Positions 36,141-46,993 of a stretch of DNA of 64,000 nt are shown here, one piece after another. The notes under the pieces were generated by a model, which was not told where the DNA came from, did no database searches, and saw only the letters and a program-made list of their open reading frames with translations. The first letter of the stretch is position 1. Each line of letters starts with the position of its first letter. The stretch comes from Azolla caroliniana (lineage: Eukaryota; Plantae; Polypodiophyta), in the NCBI GenBank assembly GCA_043228905.1, contig JBHGNT010000103.1:22885-86884 (forward strand), read 5' to 3'. A program made the position numbers and the translations under genes.

Positions 36141-39100
36141 CAATGTTGGGCAAAGTTTGTAGCCCCTACCGGAAATTTTCCTGCTTCTCATGAACCTAAC
36201 CGGAAATTTAAAATTTTGGCCGGCCACGTTCCTACCAACAACAATGTCAACTGGAACATGTTGAAATTTTTTTTGGCCGCATGACCAAAAAAAAATCTAA
36301 TGCAATACCAAATCAAATCAATTACAAAATTTTGGAACCCAAAAACTAAAGATATATATTTTCCAAAAAAAATTCTAACTTTATAAACATATGTAAAGTA
36401 GCATTAACAACATATTAGATCAAATTAGATGTAATATATAGAAAGTTCCAAAACAAAATCGATCACATTTATAAAGTTTTAATCTATATCTTCTATGAAG
36501 TCCTCGATCTCATCATCATGCTCATGAGAAGTTCTTGTAAAAATATGACGATATGCCTTGCTTTCTCGCCACAACAAAATGCTAGCATTGAAGTCATGTT
36601 CTTCTAGTTCAGGTCCTTCAATAGAGATTCGTATCAATGCATCAATCGCATTGTTTTTCAGCCTATTTCTAAACTTATTTTTTATTAGATTTAGGCGACT
36701 AAAGCCTCTCTCACACGCTGCTATAGAAGAACATTGGATTAAACCTATCAATGCAATCTTTAGAAGTTCGGGTAGCTTTTCTTTCCACACATCATTACAA
36801 TTTATCATACCCCAAACATCTAAGAAATCTCTTCCAAGCCATTCTGTGGTAGCTTGCCTTTTGAAAATTGCATATTCATCATACAATTTATCATTATCAA
36901 TTATGGGAGAAAACGCTCTCCCATCTACCATTTTTTGAATGCCATAAAAATTTCCAAGTGTTTTCAACTCATTAAGACCCATAGTTTTTCGTGCTAAAAT
37001 GCTTGTAGATCCGGCAGACATGTTCATTGGTGATAACATTTTCAATGCGCAAAGAGTTACCGGATCTTGAAGCCTCTTTTTTATTGTCTCTATTAATGCC
37101 TTAGAAAACAAAGTTTGGAATTGTATGGCTTCAATCAAGTCCTCACCATCAATACATCTATCCATGAGGATGCTTTTATACATATTACCGTTAATAGCAT
37201 CTCTTAAAACTGAAAGCATTCCTTTTTCTCTACCATATTCTGGAATAATTAGATAACTATAGCTATCCTTCTCAAAACCATTTAGATCCATCATAACATG
37301 ATGGAGAAATTGTTCTTCGATCTCCCCAATGGCTATCATAGCCAAACCTCCAATGCATGTCACATCCACATATTCCTTTTGGAATTCCATACTTAACGTT
37401 GACATGATCTTAAGTACATCTGCAAGAAAGTGAAGCATATACACTACTTTGAAGTTTCATAAACTTACGAATACATTGTATGCATCACTTTGCGATTGTA
37501 AAGTCTTCATCAAGGGTTCATACACCTCACATACCCTCATGATAGCACCATGCCGACTAAGCCATCGTGTTTTCACAATCCCAAGAATATGCAAATGTGT
37601 GTATTCTAGTGCATCTTGCATCTTAGTTAATTCACCTTGGCGCAGTGAGCTCCTCGAGAAATGTGCAGCCACCCGATTCACAAGGGCATCTAACTGCTTA
37701 CATGTTTCTTTGACTTCAATGTTCTTTGAAGCCTCTTGCACACACAAGTTTGTTCGATGTGCACAACAATGTAAGGACGTCATAAATGGGTTATATGACT
37801 TCAATCTTGTAGCAACACCTGTAGACATACCTACCATAACAAATGCTCCATCACTTCCGAATCCTATCATTTTTCTAACATCTAAGTTCTACTTTTTTAA
37901 TAATGCTAAAATGCTTTCTGTTATTGTGTTTGATGTACCATCCTCTACTTGAAGTAACCCCAAATAAGAGGTTCTTACTTTCCTTCCTTCCACAAATGTA
38001 GCATAAAGAATCAAGTTCTAGTTACGCTTACATCGGTAGCTTCATCTACCATAAGCCCAAACCAAGGACTTTTCCTTAACCTATCATAGATCTCAGCTTC
38101 AAGAGCCTTGCTAATGTGCAAGATAAAGCTTGCACAAGCCTTATTATCGTTATACATTCGTGGAAGGCCTTCCACACCACATTCTCTTAACAATTGTAAG
38201 AGGCTTTCCAATTTTCTAAATGCTAAATCCTCTTTAGCTATAAAATATGCACATTTAAACAATTTTTCAATTGCTACATCCACACTTGCTTCTTTTTTTT
38301 ATGCACATTTTTCAAGACCATTCTTGTCACGTTCTTGTAACAAAATGGCATCTTAATGGGCCACACTTCTTGCATGTTCTTCTAATGCGGAAGTCTTAAA
38401 GTTTTTGGCACCTGTTTTGCCAAATGAAGACTTACTATGAGGATCACTCCTACAATAACTACACCATAAAAGACCAGTTTCTAAATCCTCTTGAAGCCAC
38501 TTAAATTTAGTAAGCCAATCTGCTTGAAATTTTAGTTTGGCCTTACTAATTCTATTCATCTCATGAAGTAATTCTTCGAAGTGTTGATGGTCCTTTATAG
38601 GCTCTTCTAGAGACACATCTTCTTTAGATGGCAAGTTTTTCCTAAAGCTGGGCATTGTAAAGAGGCTAATTTGCTTTCCGTTGCCTTTCATATTCTTGTT
38701 TTGGGACATACTGTAAGTCTGTAACAATAATGCAGAGAATGTTTGACTAACATAATATATGGATTCTATTTACAAGAAGGCGAAACCTACATACACAATC
38801 CATGTTTCCAAAAAGAAAAAGAAAATTAAGATACCTGGGATATTTGAAGTTTCCGAGGCAATAAAGGATCAATTTTCCACTATGGACCTTCCAATCTATC
38901 AGAAAATAAAGAAGAAAGAGGATGGCTCACATTAGCTTACCCACATTAAATAAGCTCTAGTTTAGAACACTGAGATTTTGAGATACACTTTAGAGATCAC
39001 AAAAACTTAAGATATAAATTAGAATTGATTTACAAATGGGAGTAATGGACAGAAATTGATTTGCAACGGCCAAGAAAGACATCATATTCAACACATAGAA

Positions 39101-39908
39101 TCACATGCTGCTAATGTAAATTTCCAAACAAGAAATATGTCAAAAAGAAGGAAATCATAGCTAAAATCATTTCAAATATGTCAAGAAATTCGTTTTCCCA
39201 CAAAATGCATCTAGTAGGAAAGATTTTGAGATACACTTTAGAGATCACAAACAAGATGACAATACGAATGCGAGGTAGTAATAGAATATACATGCCTCCT
39301 TGTGATTTATTCTTGTCTATTCCCATCATCTTTCTATGCTTTTCTTGTGCTAAGATAATTTGTTGTACATAATTCCCTCCCAATTTTCAACCTATCGTCC
39401 ACTACATGTGTTTGAATTACATGATGATTCTCATCTCAAATTTGTTGGTTCATCTAGTTATATTGTAATAAGCAAATAGTATTTCAGATTCGTTAATTTG
39501 TTTATCATAGTAGCCCCTTGATGATGATGAAGAAGAAGAGCAAATCTCTTTCCACACCTCGTTCCATTACATCTTCACAAGTTCATGTTCACCCACTAAA
39601 AAGAAGCATGAAGATGTAATCCTCTTCTCCAATGCACATACTTTGCAATGATCCCACATCTTTGCCTTACAATGTTCAAGAGACATTTAAAAACTCTTTC
39701 CACACCTAGTTCCCTTACATCTTGAACACAACTTCATGTTCACCCACTAAAAAGAAGCATGAAGATGTGACCCTCTTCCCCAAATGCACATACTTTGCAA
39801 TGATATCACATCCTTTCCTTACAATGTTCAAGAGACGTTTAAAAAGTGATCAAATCACTTGATAATAGAAAATGTCATACATGAGTGTTTGATTGAAAGC
39901 CAACATTG
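36141..39908 (-). mobile_element. hAT DNA transposon with a disrupted ZNF862/C17orf113-like transposase (36479-38727)
   Basis: Zinc finger WCSYC..EEHARSVAH, FGLMVDEATD, FGSDGA, HCCAHRTNL, KTRWLS, CERGFSRLNLIKNKFRNRL. Candidate 9-bp TIR CAATGTTGG (36141) / CCAACATTG (39900-39908), but no 8-bp TSD, so the ends are tentative. Confidence 0.85.
39546..39845. repeat. ~148-bp tandem duplication
   Basis: CTCTTTCCACACCT...CAATGTTCAAGAGAC(A/G)TTTAAAA occurs twice. Confidence 0.9.
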
Positions 39909-39911
39909 CAA

Positions 39912-41640
39912 TGTATTGCAAAATGAATCTCTTCATTATTATTACATTTTATGATTGATCTTAAGGTCTTATTGTCATCAAACTACGTACATGAAGACTA
40001 CGCACGGACACAAAATGAGATATCTTTCATTATGCCCCATGGGTGGGGTTTATATAGTACAAAAGGGAACCGTTACAAATAAAGAATAAGACAACTAGGG
40101 AGTTACATTACTTACCCACTTTCCCACCTTTGTACACATGCACACAAATGTGCATGTGTTCATACACATACACATACTCATCCTCACACACTCATTCATA
40201 TTATATATACACATCAACCACATCATTACACATACCCTTATGCATCCCCATATATTCTTACGGGTAACACATGGCACGCCTGTGGGACAGTGCATTGCAC
40301 GGTGTACCCACTCACCATGGCAACTCTTCTCGACCGGAACTCCATCGGTCGTCTGAACGGTCAAAAATCCCTCGACCGGATCACTGGTCTACGATCAATA
40401 ACTTTGATCGGAGCATTGCTTGACTCGAACCTTCTCGTTCGGTCAACACAAGTCGCGATTGGATCATACACCAATCGGCTAGTTCAATGTGGCATGGCTC
40501 GTGAAATCGTGTTGTGCGTTTGTGTATTCTTTCTTTCATCATGTGAGTTGTGTTTTCGAACATGATTTGTACAACTTATCTTTTGAAATTCTAGTTTTTA
40601 CCCTCATGTTTTTAAATTTTTATTTTCTGCCCTCCATTTTCTAAACTTTTCTCATCTGCACTCAAGCTTCTGAAATTCAATGGTATGCCCTCGAATTATT
40701 GAAATTTTCCTCTCCACCCATTTCTCTTTCTCTCTTGCTTTCTTATTTTCTTGTTCTTTCTTTGTTCTCCTCTCTGTCTGTCGATTTCGTTTTCTTCTTT
40801 ATCTTCTTCATCGTCTTCTCTTCTTGTTGCTTCTTCATTTTTCTCCTTCTTCTCCTTCTTTGTTGTTGTCCTCCTCTGATTTCTTCCTTTCTATCTGTTG
40901 CTTCTGTCTTTCTCTTCTTCCATTGGTCATCTATGGCCATTTCCATCTATGGTCATCCTTCTGTCTCGGCCAGCTGTGGTTGTCAAACGCTCTCTACTCT
41001 ACAGTCGTCGCCATCGGCTCGGCCGCCACTGTTTGGCGGTTGTTCGAATAGTAGGCTCTCGATTCGGTCGTGTCTTTCCGGACACCTGTCAGATTTCGGC
41101 CATCTCTCGACGGTCGGCTCTGTACGGCTTCCGGACTGTCTTTCCGACTCTGCCACCATCGGTCGTCGTTCGTCCGCTCCGTCGGACGTCAGTTGTATCT
41201 CGGTAGGCTCTTGGCAGACGTTGATCTCTCAGCTGATTCTCGGCCCAACCATCTCTCAGCCATCACTTGGTCGTACTCTCAGCTACATGTCTTGGCTGCA
41301 TTCTCGGACACGCGTCTCGACCGTATTCTCAGACACGCATTTCGGCCACACGTCTCAGTCGTACTCTCAGCCACGTGTCTCGGTCGCATTCTTGGCCGTG
41401 CGTCTCGGCCATATTCTTGCGCGTCTCGGTCGTGCTCTCCGGCCGCCAGCTATCCCCGTGTGGTCGGCTGTCTCTACAGCTGTGGTCGTCTCCGTCACCG
41501 CCGGATGTCTCTGTCTAGTCGGCCGGCCGTTTGTCCGGGGCCGTCTCTATCGCCACCAGATGTCTTTGTTTGGTTGGATCGTTGTCCACCGGATGTCAAA
41601 CCAGATGTCTCTCTGGCCGCAGGCGCCGACCGTTGGCCCT
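39912..41640 (-). mobile_element. Remnant LTR (ending 40269) and 3' internal region of a probable relative of the 43028-53157 element
   Basis: CTATATAAACCCC on the minus strand near 40050. GGGTAACA is followed by the same CATGGCACGCC..TGGGA..AGTG..TTGCAC block as at 43404. Charged low-complexity and GC-rich repeats follow. Boundaries approximate. Confidence 0.6.
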
Positions 41641-41930
41641 GTGATCATGAAGGAAGAGGCAGATCGGCACATAGCAATGGCGGCCAAAATGAGCAGAGGC
41701 ATAACAGAATTGCCGGCAATAGTTCAAGACCCTCCACAAGTAGGGGGAGTCAAGGTGGTGTTGGAAGCTAGCAAGGGAAGCCCATCGATTGTTGGTATTG
41801 TGGTAAAAAGGGCCACAAGGAAAGCCAAATCGAGGAAAGCCGACACAGGAAATCGGCAAAGATCGCACTATGTCGAGAATTTAGGGTGTGCCAGAAATGG
41901 CCCTACAATCATGGCTACCTCCTAGGTTGA
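41640..41930 (+). mobile_element. Copia gag zinc-knuckle fragment
   Basis: TGTTGGTATTGTGGTAAAAAGGGCCACAAGGAAAGC = CWYCGKKGHKES. Confidence 0.65.
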
Positions 41931-41989
41931 TAAGAAGGTAGGGACATCTTCTTCTTGCTATAAAACACACATATTAAATTGTGTGGCTA

Positions 41990-42468
41990 AGGTGTGAAAT
42001 TTAGTGTACCATCTTGAGGTTCATATAGTTCCTTCAGTTTTGCCCACATTGCAGCTGTAGATATGAGTTTTCGAATAACATCTAACTATTTTTCATCTAC
42101 ATTCATCTACATTCAACCCTAAACCCTAAGTCTCGCTCTTTTGTCCAGCTTTCGCCACTCCTTCCATTTTCTCTGACAATCGATTTTCAAGTTCTCAACT
42201 GGCGCCAATTATGACTTTGAGGAGCTCCTCAATATCAAGTAGGAGCTCCATCCGAGTCTTCCATGTTTTGTAGTTTTTCTCTGTCAATTTGTCCAAGGTA
42301 TATTTTCTGCTTGAGCTTGCCATAGTGATAGTAGTGAGATTTGTTTATCTGAAATAAGTTGTGGTGAGTTTTGTTGGTTATAGAAGAGTATGGAAATGAG
42401 ATTTAGATCGTGCAACTCAACTCTGATACCATGTAAGTGAAGCTAGAACATAATGGAATGGATTGACA
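41990..42468 (-). mobile_element. Copia 5' fragment (LTR end from 42432, PBS 42420-42431, gag ATG 42323)
   Basis: ACTCTGATACCA abuts TGTAAG. Translation MASSSRKYTLDKLTEKNYKTWKTRMELLL. Confidence 0.8.
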
Positions 42469-43027
42469 AGAGAGAGAGAGAGAGAGAGAGAGATTATATT
42501 ATCATCTGCGGAAGTCAAATATGACCTATGAGACCAGAATATTACATTTCACGTGATACGTGTGAAAGTGAGTAGTGACTCTCAATGTTCAAGAACTTTA
42601 CCAATGAATGTTGCAATCGAGAGTCCACATTGTGGTTGTGAGAGGAATTCATGCAAGGATTGGGCTCATTCTAAGAGATATGGAAAGCATGGTCGAATAT
42701 GATCAAAGGCAAAGCATTGTATCAAAGTGTGATACTCAGACTCGCAAACTTGTTTAGGGCAAAGTGTGCATAGCCGACCACTCTCATCACTTGTGCCCCA
42801 ATGCCCCGTCTCACATCGCAATGCATGTAAGCTAAGTCGCATGGAAGCAATGGTTTGAATGGCAAATAACGCTCTAACATGTATCAATGTGTATGGTTTC
42901 CCCATTCTGCAAAGAATATGGTTTTGTAGTTAGGTGCAACATGTGTAGTATAATGTGTGAAGCGTGATCCTCCACATTTGTCCCATGTCATGATACATTG
43001 ATGTTGCAAAAAGGCCTCATTTACAGA

Positions 43028-43403
43028 TGTTGTATGTATGGCTGGACTAGCCGCAACACAGGTGTCTATCCGACACTTCTCCAAAGGGGTGGTAGGGATA
43101 GGATGTTAATACACGCGTATGATAATTACACTTAAGCACAGACGAAGACAAGATCAATAAGCATAAGCAAAACTATATTAATTCTTCGTCACTTCATTAC
43201 AAAACATCGGATCCTTTTATAGGCATCCGGCCAGATTACAATCGGTGCTCTTAGGCAACCGTTAACCGAAACCGAATCGGTTCGGATCCGGATCGGTTAC
43301 AACTACCGGATCCGTCCCTCCTAATAATTCTATTTATCTATTTATCCGCTTCGACTCCGATTCATCTTTGCTTTCCCATTTGCCTTCTTCTGACCGGCCA
43401 ACA
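43028..43403 (-). repeat. 3' LTR (376 bp)
   Basis: TGTTG...CAACA, repeat of 52782-53157. Confidence 0.97.
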
Positions 43404-43453
43404 CATGGCACGCCCATGGGAAAGTGTGTTGCACTTCGAACCCACAGCCGGCT

Positions 43454-46447
43454 TCAGTCTTCCTCCAAAATATCCAGCAAACTCCGCTCAGAGGTTTCAA
43501 GTGTTGTCTTGCCTGTGCCGTCTCCGACTTCCGATTGGATTGGCTGCCTTTTCGCATCTTGCTGCTCCGACTCTGCTTGTACCGGTGGTACCGGTGTTTC
43601 TTCTGTATCCCGTCCGGGTCTGTCCTGCTCTACCTCCGTTCCGTTCCCGGTATCGCTCTCTCCGGTTTCCACTGGTTGTGTCCTTTCCTCCCCGGATTCG
43701 GTACTTCTCTGTCTCCACTCTGCATCATCCCCGGCATCAACCTGTTCTTGCTCCGGAAGTTCTTCCTCGGGTAATTCTTGTCGGGGTGCGTTGTCGGTTG
43801 GGTCCTCTTCAGCCGGTCGCTCGCCCTCACTGATGGAGATCGGCGTTGTGTGTCCCTCGGCTTCCTGTCGCAGTCGGTCCTTCTCGTACCCTTCCAATTC
43901 TAGTTGGGTTTCGAGCTGCCCGTCATCCAACCTCTCTACTAACCCTCGGATTTCCTTGAGATGCTCTTCTGCTAGAGCATAGAAATCCTCCGATAGTTCT
44001 TTCCGGATGTTGACGATACTTTCTTCGTCCATTTTATAGAACCCATCTCCGGTTTTCCTCCGATTTTCTGCATCAGCTCGGAGTGTCTGCAATTCAGCTG
44101 CCTGTTGTGCCCATTCCCTCCAGAGCTTCTCCGTGCTTTCATTTATGCTGGCCTGAGCTCGGGTACTCCAACTTGACATGATGAACTTAATTCGGCCAAC
44201 CCCTGCTTTAGCCTGTTCCGAAGCTGCTTGTTTTTCCTTCCTTATCCGTTTGATGATGTCGGCCATTAACTGAGCTTGAGCTTCAGAGTCGGCTTTTTGC
44301 TTGTCACAGGTACTCCGCCATTTGTTGATTTCGAAAGTCGACTTCACTTTTTCCTCGTTCCTGCTCTTTGTCAGCTCCCCTACTTTCTGCCGAAGTACTT
44401 CCATCTCCTTTCTTTGTTCCGACGTCAAGGTCTTCTCCGCCGATACTTCCTCCCTTGCTTTGGACAATTCCAAGCGGTTTTCCTTGAGCTGCTCTTTCAG
44501 CTTCTCTATCTGTCGGTCGTACGTTGCTGCCTGCTTCTTGATGTCCGCCGTGGCCTGTTTATAATCCTTACATAGTCGGTCGAATTCCTCCGTCTTCTGT
44601 TTTAGGCGTCGGTTCGCCTGAGCTCGCAACCGATCATCCCGGTCCTTTTGTTGTCGGAGTTCCTCCCGCATCCGCTCGATTTCCTGCTCCATTCGTCGGC
44701 GCAGCCTATCTTTTTCCTTTTGCAGCGTCCCGTTTTCTTCTTGTAGTCGGTCAGTGGTGGCTTTACTTCGGCGAAGGCCTTCCTCCATTCGCCGCCTGTC
44801 ATCTTCTACCAACTTCCGCTGCTCCCTTTCGTTATCTCTCAATGCCTCCTGAGCCTGTAATTCTTCTTTCAAAGTTGCTATTAACTTCTCGGTCTCAGGG
44901 CCGGTTTGCAAGGCCTTCTCCGTTTCTGGTTCGGCTTGCTTTTCTGATGTCCCGACCGGCTCGGTGCCATCTTGTGCTTGTCGGCTGCCTTCTTTTGCCT
45001 GTGCTAGCTCTTCTTGCAGCTCATGTAATTGTGCCCGGAGCATGACCATATCCTTAGTCGTCGTCCTAGTCACTTGTTCCCTTTGCTCCTCCTCTTTCTC
45101 CATCTGGTCTGCCACTCCCGACAACTGCCCTGACAACCACCTTAGCCATTCTGCCTTTGTTCTGCCTTCGTCAGTGTGAGCAGGCGTGCCTAGCTCCGGC
45201 TGTTTTTCCGGCTGTTTCTCCGGCCTCTTCTCTTGCTCCGGCGCTTGTTCCTTTCTTTGTTCTTCGAACTCCGCCGTCGGTTCCGGTACTGCCGTCTTTG
45301 GTGCAGACGGACCTTCATCCTGTGTCGCTTCTGTTCCGGTTACTGGAGGCGGTTCTTTCGCCCGTTGCTGAGTTCCGTCCGCTGTTGGGGTCGGTCTTGT
45401 CGCCCGTTTCTCCTTTCCTCGCCTGGTTGGTAGTATTAACATCGGTTCGGATGAGCCTTCCTCTATTTCAGCGTCCTCCGTCGGTGCGACTATCGGTTCC
45501 TTTACTGGTACCGGTTCCGATTCGAGCGTTACTGGTTCGGTGTCGGTTTGCCTCTTGCTGGTCTTCTTCGCCAGCTTCTCCTTGCCTTTTTCCGCCTCTT
45601 TCTTCTTCGTGGCCGTTTGCTGTTGCTGTTTCTTTGGCTGCCGTGATGGGCCTTCCTCCCGTTGCTGTCGGGAGGAGTCTTCTTCCCGCGGTTGTCGAGA
45701 TGATCCTTCTTCCCGCGGCTGTCGGGATGATCCTTCTTCCCGCGGTTGTCGGGATGATCCTTCCTCCCGCGGCTGTCGGGATGATCCTTCTTCCCGCGGT
45801 TGTCGGGATGGTCCTTCTTCCCGTGGCGCTTCTTCTTCCTGTGTCCATCCTGGAGTGTGTTTCTCTAGGATTCGTCAGCGCTTCATGGTTGGCTTCGGCG
45901 TAGTCTCCTGCCGACTTCTTTTCTTGTGCTTGATGGGGGACGCCGGTGGGACCAACACGGTTAACCATTGGGATATTCCGGCCCATGGCTTCTTCCCTTC
46001 CACCAAGTGCTTGATCGCCTCTTTCAGTCCTTCGGTAATGAAGTGGAGCCAGTCCACCTGCAGGCCTTCGAATGTCGCGATGACGATTGCTGCTCGGTAT
46101 TTGGCTATGGCTGGCGGACGAGGGTTCACGAACCCATACTCTATCAGGGCGCGGGCCACCTCTCCGAACAGCAGGTTCTCTCCGCCCTGTGTGCGATACG
46201 CCTTGTTGCTGAGGGAATATTCGCCGAAATACTCGAAGAATATTTGGCTCGAGGGTAGCTCTATTGTCTGAAGTCCGCCCTCCGCAATCCCGGTGAGCGC
46301 TTGTACCGCTCCTTCGGTGACTTCTGCCAGGTCCACTGCTGTTGCCGCCTGCTCTGGTTCCTTGTGTGGCGGAGCGTCGGCGACCCGCAGCAACCCTCCT
46401 AATCCGTTCTCCATCAGCCATTGGCGCGCTCCTTCCGACAGTGCCAT
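43454..46447 (-). pseudogene. Extra ORF of the retrotransposon (~1000 aa: globular N-domain, PREEGSSRQ repeats, long coiled coil), with one stop and one frameshift
   Basis: ORFs 45875-46447 and 43454-45442 join on reading through TGA (45875-77) and restoring 1 bp near 45657 in the 27-bp repeat array. Confidence 0.8.
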
Positions 46448-46993
46448 CGCTTCTACTTCCTCTGCTGCTGCCTGTGGTCTGAGGTCTGGGTGTGGGTGTT
46501 CTGCGCGTCGGATCTCGTTGTCTTGAGCCTGCGTTTGCTTGTGGGAAAATTCGTAAAAAGTTAACCCTTCTCCGGTTCTTCCTTTATATAGTGGCGTTTC
46601 CCTCGAGCCGCCTTTTCCTGTTTTTCGCGCGTGCGTATCATCTGCCATAATTAGCATGTCACTCTTTAATTTTGGCGTCTGCACGTCCTCTGCCTCGAAT
46701 GGCATGTCCTATTTTTGGCGCCTGCGCATGCTCTGTCATGAATAGCATGTCTGTCCTTTGCTGCCGCGTGTCATGCTTGCGCTTCTTTGCCGCGTGTGTC
46801 GAATCTCCTACGTGTCTGTCATTATGACTCCTTGATTGCCACGCGTGTTAAATCTTGTACATCGGCCCCCCACGTTCTGTGCTTTAAATAGCTCGTGCAC
46901 CCGTGTGACGGTTGTGACTACTTCCTTCATCATTACCTTGATTTTCTTGATTTTATTTTATTTTTATTTTTATTTTTTTCCCCATGTGCCGCA

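Noticed and set aside
40699-41925. 408-aa and 233-aa plus-strand ORFs
   Set aside because: Low-complexity, cross a junction between unrelated TE fragments, and show no recognisable domain.
43255-43315. Palindrome cluster in the LTR (AACCGAATCGGTT, CGGATCCG)
   Set aside because: Short ACCG/CGGT-rich U3 motifs are common in such LTRs; no specific function can be supported.
45640-45830. 27-bp repeat array (and 36-bp array at ~52180-52310) as a CRISPR-like array
   Set aside because: No spacers; these are in-frame coding repeats (PREEGSSRQ; STPPAEEPQERI).
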